Below are positions 10,412 through 20,703 of a stretch of 64,000 bases of DNA, in pieces. Where the stretch lies: positions 5,257 through 69,256 of the forward strand of contig JAJOJK010000001.1 in the NCBI GenBank assembly GCA_021208605.1, given 5' to 3'. Numbering within the stretch: position 1 is the stretch's first letter; each line of letters starts with the position of its first letter. Made by a program: the position numbers and the translations under genes. Under the pieces are notes generated by a model. That model saw nothing but the letters and a program-made list of their open reading frames with translations. It made no database searches and was not told the origin of the DNA. Source of the DNA: Candidatus Woesebacteria bacterium. GTDB taxonomy: Bacteria; Patescibacteriota; Microgenomatia; UBA1400; UBA1396.

Positions 10412-11593
10412 TTATTGACTAGCAGCAGTAAGTGTGCCGGTGAGGGTGAGTTCTTCACCGTCACGCCAAATGCGGAGAGAAATGGCATCACCAATACTCT
10501 TTTGGTTGACGATGCCGGCCAGTCCACCTTGAATTTCGGCGATGCGTTGGCTGTCAACAGTGATGAGAATGTCGCCTGTTTGGAGACCAGCTGAATCAGC
10601 GGTGGTTCCGGGAAGCACATCAGTAATATAGGCACCTTCAGGAACGTCGTTGAGCAGGGCGGTTTCTTGGGGGATGAGTTTATAGCGTACACCCAAAAGT
10701 GCGCGATTAAACTCGCCTGTAGACTCAAAATTATCAAGCGATTCTTTAATCACGTTGATCGGAATGGCAAAACCAATATTCTCTGCTTCTGCCATAGCGA
10801 CATTTACTCCGATCACTTCTCCGCGTGAATTCAAGAGTGGGCCACCAGAGTTGCCGGGGTTAATGGCGGCGTCCGTTTGGATGAGGTTATCAATGCGTTC
10901 CGTCGAAAAGCCTGTGGAGGCCTCAATGCCGCGACCGAGTCCGGAAACGATACCGGTCGTGACGGTTTGGCGGAACTCACCGAGAGCGGTGCCAATGGCA
11001 ATGACTGTTTGGCCAATTTTGATCTCTTCACTATTTGCCAAGGGAAGCGCCGGGAGATCGGCAGTGGTTTCGAGAATGGCTAAGTCATTGATGGGATCGC
11101 GGTAGATGCGTTGTACTTCGTACTCATTTCCCTCGTTGTCGATCAAGGTGTACTCCGCTTCTGTATCACTCACAACGTGGCGATTGGTGACTACAAAACC
11201 GCGGCTTTTATCGACAATGAAGCCGGTACCAATATCCTGTTGGATAAGTTGCGATTCACCAGGTTGTTCTAACTGGAACAGTCCAAAGGGTCCAAACTGA
11301 ATGGAGTTTGGACGTTGCACATTCTTCTTAATAGCGACGGTGACAACCGATGGTTGGGCATTTTCAGCCACTTGGATAATAACGTTCTCGCCATCGGTAA
11401 CCGTACTGGGCACGGCAATTCGCGGGCGCTCCTCGGAGGTACCATCAAGGAGTGCTGTACCACGTGGGAGCACGGCGTCCAGAGGGCGAATCACAAACAG
11501 ACGGTCAGCCAAGGCGCCGCCAACGGCGGAAAATAACACCAATCCACTGACCACTAAACCAAGGAGAAAACCGGACCAACCCTGTACCTTCAT
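10412..11593 (-). CDS. htrA: HtrA/DegP family serine protease (trypsin-like domain + PDZ)
   Basis: N-terminal TM anchor; catalytic motifs TNRHVV, DLAIL and GNSGGPL; C-terminal PDZ domain. Confidence 0.85.
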   Translation of the reverse strand: MKVQGWSGFLLGLVVSGLVLFSAVGGALADRLFVIRPLDAVLPRGTALLDGTSEERPRIAVPSTVTDGENVIIQVAENAQPSVVTVAIKKNVQRPNSIQFGPFGLFQLEQPGESQLIQQDIGTGFIVDKSRGFVVTNRHVVSDTEAEYTLIDNEGNEYEVQRIYRDPINDLAILETTADLPALPLANSEEIKIGQTVIAIGTALGEFRQTVTTGIVSGLGRGIEASTGFSTERIDNLIQTDAAINPGNSGGPLLNSRGEVIGVNVAMAEAENIGFAIPINVIKESLDNFESTGEFNRALLGVRYKLIPQETALLNDVPEGAYITDVLPGTTADSAGLQTGDILITVDSQRIAEIQGGLAGIVNQKSIGDAISLRIWRDGEELTLTGTLTAASQ

Positions 11594-11605
11594 AGGAGTT
11601 TCATT

Positions 11606-12853
11606 TTAGAAGCTCTCGTAGGCGCGTTCAAGTACCTCATCTTGCTCGGTGTCTGGATTGTCCGTAACTTCGACATCCACCGGCAAACCGCTATCTTGAA
11701 TTGAGTTTCCTGATGGCAAGAGCCAGCGAGCGATGGTAATGTTCAAACCTGCGCCGCCTGGCAGTTGTTGGGCATCTTGCACCGTGCCTTTGCCGAAGGT
11801 TTGTTCGCCCACTAAGACAGCACTGCGACGGTCGCGGAGCGCGCCAGCCACAATTTCCGAAGCAGAAGCGCTTCCCTTGTTCACTAACACTACTACTGGC
11901 AGCGAATCCAAACGAGCGGAACGAGTGGTGCGGTAGGATTGCGTCGAGTTCCGACCCTGTTGGGAAACTACGACTCCTCCATTAAAGAAATCACTGGAGA
12001 TCTCAATCGCGTCTTGCAGGTAGCCACCAGGGTTGCCACGCATGTCGAGGATGATGCCATCAACATCATTGCGTTGTTGGATCTGTTGGACAGCCGCCTC
12101 CCATTCTTGCAGCGTTTTGTCTCCAAAGCGGGAGAGTTCTAGATAAGCGTACTGATTATCGTTGTTTTCGACGAAGCTGATTTCGAGGGATGGAATTTCA
12201 ATGGTGTCGCGTACGAGTTCAACGTCGCGTGGATCTTCACCAGGAGAAAGCATGGTGAGTGTGACGGTGGTATTTTTTTTACCACGAATCAAGCTGACAG
12301 CTTCCTCAGCAGTCATATTGATGGTATCGGTGTCAACGTTTTTTGTCGGGTCTTTAATGCCGAGGATATAGTCACCAGCTTTGACGCCCGCGGCTTCCGC
12401 TGGATGTCCTTTTAAAGGAGCGATCACAGCGAGCTGGCCATCAATATATCCGAGCTGAATACCAACGCCGTTAAACTCCCCTTGTAGGTCTTCGTTGAGG
12501 CGCTGTTTCGTTTCTGGCGGCAAGAATGCGGTGTAGGGATCGCCGATGGCTTCCGTCATGCCAGCAATGGCTCCATACACCATTTGTTGGGCGTCCATCT
12601 TGCCGGGATCAAGGTAGTCGCGCTCTAGACGGGCCCAGACTTCCCAGAATAAAGAAAAATCAACGTCAGTGTGTTCGGCCGGTACATTCGTGTTTTGCAC
12701 GCGTGCGAGCTCAGAATAGGAAATATTCGTGGACAGACCAATGAGTTGTCGGAATGTAAGACCACTGGCAACTCGGATACCAATAACTACTCCTAAAATG
12801 ATAACTAAGACGTGTGTGAGGGCGAAAAACCACAATCTATTTGGACGTTTCAT
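11606..12853 (-). CDS. ctpA: Carboxy-terminal processing protease (S41 family)
   Basis: TM anchor, PDZ region, S41 catalytic block GSASASEI...FGKG; internal ATG (MKRPNRLW) selected. Confidence 0.85.
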   Translation of the reverse strand: MKRPNRLWFFALTHVLVIILGVVIGIRVASGLTFRQLIGLSTNISYSELARVQNTNVPAEHTDVDFSLFWEVWARLERDYLDPGKMDAQQMVYGAIAGMTEAIGDPYTAFLPPETKQRLNEDLQGEFNGVGIQLGYIDGQLAVIAPLKGHPAEAAGVKAGDYILGIKDPTKNVDTDTINMTAEEAVSLIRGKKNTTVTLTMLSPGEDPRDVELVRDTIEIPSLEISFVENNDNQYAYLELSRFGDKTLQEWEAAVQQIQQRNDVDGIILDMRGNPGGYLQDAIEISSDFFNGGVVVSQQGRNSTQSYRTTRSARLDSLPVVVLVNKGSASASEIVAGALRDRRSAVLVGEQTFGKGTVQDAQQLPGGAGLNITIARWLLPSGNSIQDSGLPVDVEVTDNPDTEQDEVLERAYESF

Positions 12854-12944
12854 AAACAGAAGTGTAACTATATCAGGTTTTCCTCCGGGAAGCAATGAAA
12901 AGGGCGCTTTCCAGCGCCCTCCTCATTACAATTTCAATAGTTTC

Positions 12945-13145
12945 TTAGACCATCTGCGTGGCAAATGGTAAGAGTGCCAAATGGCGGGCGCGCTTGATTT
13001 CGCGGGCCAAACGGCGTTGTTGCTTGGCGTCCAAGCCAGTTTTCTCGCGAGGGAGAATACTGCCAGCCGGGGTCAAGAATTGACGCAACAATTTAGTGTT
13101 TTTGTAGTGAATGTCCTCAAGTTGGACGTTTTTTACTCTTGGCAT
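12945..13145 (-). CDS. rpsR: 30S ribosomal protein S18
   Basis: [25 protein letters not shown] signature. Confidence 0.9.
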   Translation of the reverse strand: MPRVKNVQLEDIHYKNTKLLRQFLTPAGSILPREKTGLDAKQQRRLAREIKRARHLALLPFATQMV

Positions 13146-13173
13146 AATTACTTTCTAGAGTCTTTTGTGCGAA

Positions 13174-13644
13174 TTAGAACGGAATGTCATCAGCGAGGTC
13201 ATCGAGGTCAGCGACATTGTCGTCGACTTGGAGATCGTCACTTTTGTCATTCGCGTTGGAGTTGGAAGATGACGAACCACTGTAGGAAGAGCCACCGTCG
13301 CCGTCACCAGGACCGTCCAGGGCGATGACTTGGTCAGCGACTACTTCGGTGGTGTAGCGCTTTTCGCCTTCTTTGGTTTCCCAGGATCGAGTTTGGAGTC
13401 GACCTTCTACATACACTTTGCGGCCCTTAGAGAGGATTTGACCGACGATTTCCGCCAGTTTTCCCCAGGCCACACAGCGTGTGAATTCTGCATCTTCTTG
13501 GGTTTGCCCGTTCGCATCGCTCCAGGTACGGTTGGTAGCAACAGTAAAGTTAGCTACGGCTGTGTTTTTTGGCGTAAAACGCACTTCTGGATCGCGAACA
13601 ATGTTTCCGATGAGTTGGACCTTGTTGAGGGAACGGGTCGCCAT
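13174..13644 (-). CDS. ssb: Single-stranded DNA-binding protein
   Basis: OB-fold N-terminus, Gly/Ser-rich linker, acidic tail ending DDIPF. Confidence 0.9.
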   Translation of the reverse strand: MATRSLNKVQLIGNIVRDPEVRFTPKNTAVANFTVATNRTWSDANGQTQEDAEFTRCVAWGKLAEIVGQILSKGRKVYVEGRLQTRSWETKEGEKRYTTEVVADQVIALDGPGDGDGGSSYSGSSSSNSNANDKSDDLQVDDNVADLDDLADDIPF

Positions 13645-13659
13645 GAAAGATTCCTTTCT

Positions 13660-13950
13660 TTATTCTTCCTTAATTGTAATGAGGTGACGAAGAACCCCTT
13701 CGGTGAGTTTGACAGCCTGGTCAAACGTAAAAACGTTCTGTGCGGTCATTTCAATGTCGTAGAAAGCGTAAAAGCCTTCTTTGTGACCACGCAATTTGTA
13801 GGCTGTAGGTTTTCGACCCCAAATGTCTTCGTTGATAACTTTACCCTCATTCTTTTCGATGAGAGTTTCAATGCTGCGACGGAGGCGTTCAAGCTCGGCA
13901 TCCGAGAGCTCCGGGTTCAGCACGACGGCAAATTCATAAGCACGCGTCAT
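13660..13950 (-). CDS. rpsF: 30S ribosomal protein S6
   Basis: YEFAVVLNPELSD...GRKPTAYKL pattern; canonical rpsF-ssb-rpsR order. Confidence 0.9.
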   Translation of the reverse strand: MTRAYEFAVVLNPELSDAELERLRRSIETLIEKNEGKVINEDIWGRKPTAYKLRGHKEGFYAFYDIEMTAQNVFTFDQAVKLTEGVLRHLITIKEE

Positions 13951-14084
13951 ATGCTCCTTTCTTGTTTTTGTCTCGCCACGCTTTGGGTCAGGAGATCGCT
14001 CCTGAGCGAGACCAACTGGTAGTATACCATGATTTGCATGTCTAGGCAGTAGTATGACGGGAAAATGAACAGAAAATGAACAGA

Positions 14085-14711
14085 TTATTGTTCGGAAGGG
14101 TTATTCTCCAGACGTTGTAGCTTAGAAGAGCTGTAGTATATTTGGCTGAGTAAACGACACACGTCTTCACTATATTCAGGAAATTTGTGTCGGAGAACTG
14201 CGTGAGCAAGAAGCATATACTCAGCCCCTTGAAAAATTGGGGGCAGAGGCTGATTTTCATTCAAAACTTTAATCTTCCTAATAATATTTTCTACTCGTTC
14301 CTCTAGGGTGCTATACCCTTCTTCCCCAAGTAATGTTAAGAGTTCCATCTTTGCAGATGCATTTATAACAAGTGCCTCCGCTTTTTCTGGATTCTCCTGG
14401 AACTCAGATGAAAGTGCGTCACTGGAGATTTCGTAGAGTATTGCTGGATGCTTTCCCGCCTTAATTTTGTCTTCGAGTTGGGGATCTTTTTCAAACGCAT
14501 CAATGATTTTTTTAATGTGTGAGGGTATTTTATCATTATTCTTTAGAGTACTCATCTCTTCTGGAGTGTGGGTTTTGAGTATATCGATCAAGGAGAGAAC
14601 AAACCCTTTTTTTGATTCAGATATTGCTTCGATTCGAATTATCTCCGCATGAACTTGTGCGTCATCTATTCCCGCTTGTGGTGTTTTGATTTCTTCTTGC
14701 ATACAAGTCAA
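14085..14711 (-). CDS. Hypothetical protein (AT-rich, no recognisable domain)
   Basis: 208-aa ORF in a lower-GC segment. Confidence 0.4.
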   Translation of the reverse strand: MTCMQEEIKTPQAGIDDAQVHAEIIRIEAISESKKGFVLSLIDILKTHTPEEMSTLKNNDKIPSHIKKIIDAFEKDPQLEDKIKAGKHPAILYEISSDALSSEFQENPEKAEALVINASAKMELLTLLGEEGYSTLEERVENIIRKIKVLNENQPLPPIFQGAEYMLLAHAVLRHKFPEYSEDVCRLLSQIYYSSSKLQRLENNPSEQ

Positions 14712-14729
14712 CTTTACTAGAATTTTGAG

Positions 14730-15816
14730 CTATTTTCCAATCATAAACTCCACCACATCATCTGGTTTCATGACGTAGTCTTTGCCCTCTTGGCGAATTT
14801 TGCCAAGTTCGGCAGCGGCTTTCCAGCCACCAACTTCTACAAAGTCGGTAAAAGAACAGACGCGGGCTTTAATAAAGTTTTTGGTGAAATCAGTATGAAT
14901 GACGCCAGCGGCCTGTGGCGCGGTCATGCCCTGGGAAATAGTCCAGGCGCGGACTTCTTTTTCGCCGGCGGTGTAGAAACTCTGCATGCCCAGTGTGGCA
15001 TAGGCTTTTTGGATGAGGCGTTCGAGTCCGGATTGTGCAATACCGAGTTCAGTGAGGTACTCCGACTTCTCTTCCGCGCTGAGGGAAACCAATTCTTCTT
15101 CTAACTTGGCCGAGATCACCACAATGTTGTCGGGTGAAATCCCGAGAATATCGCTGTATTCACCGATGATGGCGTCGGCATTGACCAAGTCAGTTTCGGC
15201 CACGTTGAGAGCGACCATCTCTGCTTTGGCAGTCAGCAAAGCCAGTTCTTTTGCCAAAATAAGCTGGTCTTCATTGAGCTCCAGGGAGCGAATATTTTTA
15301 CCGTCATCAAGTGTGCTGCGCCATTCTTGGATGGTGTTCCAGCGGGCCATGTTATCGGTGGTGGCTTGGTTGCCTTTCGGTTCGCGTTGCTTCTCGAGTG
15401 TCGAGAGGTCGGCCAGTTGCAGTTCGGTGGCAATGGTTTGGTAATCAGACTGGGGATCGACGCTACCCTCTTTAATGATGTTGCTGTCCGCAAATGCGCG
15501 CACCACGTGCAAAATGAAAGATGTCTCGCGAATATTGGCTAAAAATTTGTTACCCAGTCCCGCGCCTTCGGCGGCACCAGCGACTAAACCAGCGATGTCC
15601 ACAAACTCCACGGTGGCGGGCACAATTTTCTCAGTTTTGACAATCTCAGCCAACTGCGGCAGTTTTTTTGTCCGGCACGGGCACGATACCGACATTCGGC
15701 TCAATGGTGGCAAACGGATAGTTGGCCGCTAAGGCCTGCTGTTTTTCGAGTAAGGCATTAAATAAAGTTGATTTCCCCACATTGGGGAGACCGACGATTC
15801 CGACAGAAAGTGACAT
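14730..15816 (-). CDS. ychF: Ribosome-binding ATPase YchF, interrupted by a +1 frameshift in an A7 run (about 15663-15669)
   Basis: N-terminal G1 region [22 protein letters not shown] lies in a different frame from the rest (…[27 protein letters not shown]…); removing one A restores [15 protein letters not shown]. Confidence 0.8.
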
Positions 15817-15846
15817 GAGTGGTATTGTACCAGAGTAATAATAAGA

Positions 15847-16383
15847 TTATTTCATGGTTTGACGAGAGACTACCTCATACTCCAACACCAGCGTCTGCGA
15901 AGAAAGCGAATGCGTCTGCACGAGCTTCAGCGGCAGCTTCCCGAGATCCTCACTAAAGAGCGGAATACCCGTTCCAAAAACAAGAGGTTCTACAGTGAGG
16001 TAGAGTTTGTCGACCAAGCCAGCTTGCAAGAACAGGCTGTAAATGCTCGAACCGCCACAGAGGGCAACAGAAGAATAGCCTTTCGCTTTGAGTTGCTCAA
16101 GTAATTCGGCTGGAGGCACATTGGTGGCTTCGAACTGCACTGTGGGCGTGGTTGGTGCTGCAAATTTTTCGGGCTGCGAAGTGTAGATATACCAGTGGGA
16201 GTTTTTTGGATAGCGGTGAAAGGTATTGAAAGTTTGGCGGCCAATGATAATGGCATCGGATTGCTTGAGGTGACTCACGTAGAATTTTTTGTCTTCGGCG
16301 CTGGTCCAGTCAAAGGAGCGATCATCTTTGTCTTTGCCGATGAATCCGTCGGCGGTAATGGCGGCGAGAAGAGCAATCTGCAT
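15847..16383 (-). CDS. folA: Dihydrofolate reductase
   Basis: MQIALLAAITADGFIG... fold with ALCGGSSIY glycine-rich motif. Confidence 0.75.
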   Translation of the reverse strand: MQIALLAAITADGFIGKDKDDRSFDWTSAEDKKFYVSHLKQSDAIIIGRQTFNTFHRYPKNSHWYIYTSQPEKFAAPTTPTVQFEATNVPPAELLEQLKAKGYSSVALCGGSSIYSLFLQAGLVDKLYLTVEPLVFGTGIPLFSEDLGKLPLKLVQTHSLSSQTLVLEYEVVSRQTMK

Positions 16384-16406
16384 GAGAATATGCTAGCATA
16401 GCCTCT

Positions 16407-16955
16407 ATGAAAACGAGCAGTAAAATTATTTCTAGTTACGCTGCCCTGCCCGATCTTATTCATCAGTATCGCCAAGCGAAGAAAAAAATTGTGCTGACTC
16501 AAGGTTCTTGGGACATGTTGCACGTTGGTCATGCTCGATATTTAGAAAAAGCCAAAAGTTTCGGCGATATTCTTATTGTGGGTGTCGATAGCGATAAGAA
16601 AATTCGCCACCGCAAAGGATTAGGCCGGCCCGTGGTCCCAGAAGATGAGCGCCTTGAAATGCTAACGCACTTGGGTGCGGTGGATCACGTGATTCTCAAA
16701 GAACTCGATACACCCAAGTGGGAACTTATCAAGTTGGTGCAGCCGGATATTTTGGTCGCCATTCGAGAAAATTACGACGAAGAAAAAGTCGCAGCGCTAC
16801 AAGAACACTGTGGAAAAGTTATTATTTCCCCGCGCATGGCGACAACATCGACCAGTGCCAAACTGAGAAGTGTGCAGATCGGCGAAGCAAAAAAAATAGA
16901 AACGAAACTTACCAAAGCCATTCAAGAAGTCTTGAAGGAATTTTCTCCCCAATGA
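16407..16955 (+). CDS. Cytidylyl/adenylyltransferase-like nucleotidyltransferase (RfaE domain II-like)
   Basis: TQGSWDMLHVGHARYLEKA...LIVGVDSD (HxGH nucleotidyltransferase) motifs. Confidence 0.65.
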   Translation: MKTSSKIISSYAALPDLIHQYRQAKKKIVLTQGSWDMLHVGHARYLEKAKSFGDILIVGVDSDKKIRHRKGLGRPVVPEDERLEMLTHLGAVDHVILKELDTPKWELIKLVQPDILVAIRENYDEEKVAALQEHCGKVIISPRMATTSTSAKLRSVQIGEAKKIETKLTKAIQEVLKEFSPQ

Positions 16956-17791
16956 AGTCGGTGCTCCTCATCTACACTCCCGTGCTGCACGCCGGGTACC
17001 AACAATTTTTAGAGACGCATGCCGACGTCGATGCGGCCTATATTTTAGGTCCAGAGCTTATTGCGGAGTTCGATCATCTCCGTCGCAAAGACATTCGCGC
17101 CCTGGCACCGGAGCTTGTGCAGCAAGCGCTGCAAAGTTGGCAACTTCCGTATTCGGTACACATTGCAGATATGGAAACTCTGCTTTCCCTCAATACTTCA
17201 GATACCAAAGTGATTTTTCCTGATGAAGACGAGCTGCGCACGATAGCTGAAAAATACCTTGGCCATGCCAAGAAAGAACCAGTGTCGGTATTTTTGCGTT
17301 ACGATCGGAGTCAGTCGGTCGCTAAGAAACATGTGTTGGCCGATACAACTGTTACCAAAGACGCGTTCGCGCAAGAGATCATGTATCAGGCGTTTGAACT
17401 GGCAGAAAACAGTTCCGATTGGTGGCGCCAAGTGGGCGCGGTGGTGGTGAAGGATGGCCAGCTACTGATGTCTGGCTGGAATCATCATGTGCCAGACGAA
17501 AGAATGCCCTATGTGAATGGAGATCCACGAGGCAACTTCCATAAGAATGACCATATTGAGGCATCGACCGCACTGCATGCGGAAGCAGGCTTGATTGCGC
17601 AGGCGGCGCAAGCAGGTACTTCGCTTGCTGGAACAGACATGTATGTCACGACGTTTCCTTGTCCGAACTGTGCCAAACTCATTGCCTACTCAGGAGTGAA
17701 AAAACTCTACTTTGCGGAAGGCTATTCTTCGGTTGATGGTGAAAGTGTGTTGCGCAGCCAGAGCGTGGAAATTGTGCGCGTAACGGACTGA
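16952..17791 (+). CDS. CMP/dCMP deaminase family protein with an N-terminal extension (putative dCMP deaminase)
   Basis: ATGA overlap with the upstream gene; zinc-binding HAEAGLI...TFPCPNCAKLI motif. Confidence 0.7.
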   Translation: MKSVLLIYTPVLHAGYQQFLETHADVDAAYILGPELIAEFDHLRRKDIRALAPELVQQALQSWQLPYSVHIADMETLLSLNTSDTKVIFPDEDELRTIAEKYLGHAKKEPVSVFLRYDRSQSVAKKHVLADTTVTKDAFAQEIMYQAFELAENSSDWWRQVGAVVVKDGQLLMSGWNHHVPDERMPYVNGDPRGNFHKNDHIEASTALHAEAGLIAQAAQAGTSLAGTDMYVTTFPCPNCAKLIAYSGVKKLYFAEGYSSVDGESVLRSQSVEIVRVTD

Positions 17792-18271
17792 CTACTGTAA
17801 TTTTTCGGGTGATTTTCCCAGTTTTATCCGCACTGGCTGGTAGTTTTCGGCCGTAATATCTGGAACAATAAACTGCACATGAATATGGTTGATGGTGCCG
17901 GCTGAGTAGCGCGTGTCGCCAAAGCGCATGGCCCAGCCGCCACCGGGAACGTTGTAGGTTTTCTCTACCCACTGTACCAGTTCAAAGAGCTCTGTGCCGG
18001 CTTCGGTGGCGAGCTCATTCAGATTCGTAGCGTGGTCTTTGTAGATAATAAGAAGATGGTGTTGTGTGTGGTCATAGGGCCACTGATTGGTAGTTAGCAA
18101 CCAGTGCTCGGTTTTTCGCAAGATGGGTTGTTTGTGGTACTTTTCTAGGTTTTCGGCGCAAAAAGGACAGTGTGCATTGCCAGCAATTTCCTGCATGACT
18201 TGGATCTGGTCCTCTTTGCGGGCATTATCGATATCGATAAATTGTGTGGAATCGGTCTGCGGTTTCGTCAT
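17792..18271 (-). CDS. HIT family protein
   Basis: Histidine triad HIHVQFI and CPFCAENL zinc motif. Confidence 0.7.
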   Translation of the reverse strand: MTKPQTDSTQFIDIDNARKEDQIQVMQEIAGNAHCPFCAENLEKYHKQPILRKTEHWLLTTNQWPYDHTQHHLLIIYKDHATNLNELATEAGTELFELVQWVEKTYNVPGGGWAMRFGDTRYSAGTINHIHVQFIVPDITAENYQPVRIKLGKSPEKLQ

Positions 18272-18280
18272 ACATACTCC

Positions 18281-19156
18281 TTAGACAGCAACGGGAATAT
18301 CCCAAATTCCGGGATGTGGATTGTAGTTTTCAAGTTCAAAATCGCTGGCTTCATAGGCAAAGAGATCTTTGCGAGGGTTGACCAGTTTCATTTGCGGGAG
18401 CGGACGGTCTTCTCTCTTCAGGAGTTCTTGGACCTTCTCCATCTGGTCAACGTAAATATGCGCGTCAGAAAAACTGTGGACATACTCACCAACTTCGTAG
18501 CCAGTGACTTCAGCCAGCATCATGGTAAGTGCGGCGTACTGCGCTAGGTTGGCCGGCAAGCCGATGGCCACATCACAGCTGCGTTGGAACATGTTGAGGT
18601 GCAGTTTGTTGTTGAGAATACGAATATTGATCCAGCCATGACACGGACACACCACGACTTTTTGCGTGCGACCGGTGACACGAATGGTGTATTGCGGAAT
18701 CCAGGGTGTAATAAAGTGGGTTTTGAGGAATGGTTTTTCTTTGATCTGTTGGATGATATTTTCGAATTGATTAAAGGTCTCGCCTTCGGCAGTGGGGAAA
18801 TCATGAAATGCGGCGCCGTAGCTGCCGGGTCCAAGATCGCCGGTTTCCAGGCCGCGTTTTTTACACTTCTCTTCGCTGACCCAAGAGCTCCACCAGCGGC
18901 AACCGTAGCTTTCCAGCTCCTCTTGTGTGCGCGCCCCATTGATAAAACCCATGATTTCACCAATGGCTTGGTGCCACATCTTAGTGCTGATTTTGCGTTC
19001 GGTAATGAGGGGGAATTCTTTCTGCAGATCAAAACGCAGGCTGTTTGGAGCGAGACGAGTGATGGTGTCGACCTCCATTTGCGACTCACTGCGAATGCCG
19101 TGGTCAATGATGTCTTGAAGGAGTTGTTTGTATTGGGAATCGGGAGTGCCTGCCAT
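18281..19156 (-). CDS. thyA: Thymidylate synthase ThyA
   Basis: Full-length ThyA signatures including PCHGWINIRIL (catalytic Cys) and DAHIYVDQ. Confidence 0.9.
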   Translation of the reverse strand: MAGTPDSQYKQLLQDIIDHGIRSESQMEVDTITRLAPNSLRFDLQKEFPLITERKISTKMWHQAIGEIMGFINGARTQEELESYGCRWWSSWVSEEKCKKRGLETGDLGPGSYGAAFHDFPTAEGETFNQFENIIQQIKEKPFLKTHFITPWIPQYTIRVTGRTQKVVVCPCHGWINIRILNNKLHLNMFQRSCDVAIGLPANLAQYAALTMMLAEVTGYEVGEYVHSFSDAHIYVDQMEKVQELLKREDRPLPQMKLVNPRKDLFAYEASDFELENYNPHPGIWDIPVAV

Positions 19157-19260
19157 ACGGATCACTATACGATATTGCCTGGCACTCGACAAGTTGTTGC
19201 TGAGTTGTCTCTGAATTGACTTTCCGTCCTGTCTCGAGGAGAATGAGGAAAGAAAAAAGC

Positions 19261-20700
19261 ATGCTATTTAATTCGTTTCACTTTTACGTTTTTATTGTGT
19301 TGGTGCTCGGACTCTACTGGAGCATTCCCAAAAAGTGGCAATGGGTTTTGTTACTGGCGAGTAGTTACTTTTTTTATATGTCCTGGGAACCGCGTTATGC
19401 GGTCTTGATCTTTTTGACCACTTTGGTGAGCTATCTTTGTGCGCTCGCTATTGATCGCTATCGCCAGCAGCGGACGCTGTTTTTAGCGCTTGGTGCCGCG
19501 GTGAATCTCGGAGTATTGTTTGTGTTTAAGTACTTTAACTTTTTCTTTAACTCCTTGCAGAATTTTACGCAGTATTTCGAGATTGGCATGCCGGTGCCGA
19601 CGCTGTCGCTTTTGCTGCCGGTGGGGATTTCGTTTTATACGTTCCAGACGGTGAGTTATGTGGTGGATGTGTATCGCGGCACACAAAAGCCCGAAAAGCA
19701 TTTTGGCTACTTTGCCCTGTTTGTGTCGTTTTTCCCACAGTTGGTGGCTGGTCCCATTGAACGTGCCGAAAATTTGTTGCCGCAGCTCAAGGCGCCGCAC
19801 TGGTTTGATCGTGAACAGGTGGTGAGTGGCATCAAACTGTTTGCTTTGGGGCTCTTTAAGAAAGTGGTCATCGCCGATAACCTGGCTGTGGTGGTCGATA
19901 CCGTCTTCACTTCTCTGCCGGAGTATAAAGGCCTCAGTTTGATATTGGCGATTCTTCTCTTCTCATGGCAGATTTACTGTGATTTCTCAGGCTATACCGA
20001 TATGGCGCGCGGTGTGGCGCGGATTTTGGGTGTGAACTTGGTCGAAAACTTCAACCACCCGTACACTGCCACTTCGATTACCGACTTCTGGCGGCGCTGG
20101 CACATGTCGCTCTCGCGCTGGTTCCGCGATTATTTGTATATTCCGCTCGGTGGAAATCGCCAAGGTTTGTCTCGCACGGCGCTGAATCTGTTTATTGTGT
20201 TTGCTTTGTGTGGACTGTGGCACGGCGCAGCATGGACATTTGTGCTGTGGGGTGCGCTGCACGGAGTAGTAATGGCGATAGAGCGCATCGGCATGCACGT
20301 GTGGTCACGGAAGTTCCAGATTCCGGCAGTGGTGAGTATGGCGTATACCTATGGCGTGGTGTTGGCTTCGTGGGTGCTCTTTCGGGCGCAAAACTTGGCC
20401 GACGCGGCATACATCTATCGCTATGCACTCAGCGGTGCCAAGAATTTCTGGCGTCCTGATTACATTTGGGCAACTCTCAACCAAGTTTTTGGCACGAACC
20501 AACTCGAGATGGCTATTGTTTTAGCATGTTTGGCTATGATCAGCGCCTGGGAGTTCGGTGCGCTCGATTTTGGCATACGCCGTTGGCCAAGAGTTTGGGG
20601 ACAGCCAGTTGTGCGGTGGACTTTCTATTCTGTCGCGGTCGTACTCATTTTTCTTTTGGGACAAACAGAAATACAGGAGTTTATTTACTTCCAGTTTTAA
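19261..20700 (+). CDS. MBOAT family membrane O-acyltransferase (DltB/AlgI-like)
   Basis: Polytopic; conserved His-containing block RRWHMSLSRWFRDYLYIPLGGNR...GLWHGAAW; RBS before the internal ATG. Confidence 0.8.
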   Translation: MLFNSFHFYVFIVLVLGLYWSIPKKWQWVLLLASSYFFYMSWEPRYAVLIFLTTLVSYLCALAIDRYRQQRTLFLALGAAVNLGVLFVFKYFNFFFNSLQNFTQYFEIGMPVPTLSLLLPVGISFYTFQTVSYVVDVYRGTQKPEKHFGYFALFVSFFPQLVAGPIERAENLLPQLKAPHWFDREQVVSGIKLFALGLFKKVVIADNLAVVVDTVFTSLPEYKGLSLILAILLFSWQIYCDFSGYTDMARGVARILGVNLVENFNHPYTATSITDFWRRWHMSLSRWFRDYLYIPLGGNRQGLSRTALNLFIVFALCGLWHGAAWTFVLWGALHGVVMAIERIGMHVWSRKFQIPAVVSMAYTYGVVLASWVLFRAQNLADAAYIYRYALSGAKNFWRPDYIWATLNQVFGTNQLEMAIVLACLAMISAWEFGALDFGIRRWPRVWGQPVVRWTFYSVAVVLIFLLGQTEIQEFIYFQF

Positions 20701-20703
20701 AGT

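Noticed and set aside
16718-16951. Upstream extension of the deaminase ORF (starts at 16718 in the track)
   Set aside because: It overlaps the cytidylyltransferase gene in another frame. The ATGA-coupled internal start at 16952 fits the gene spacing.
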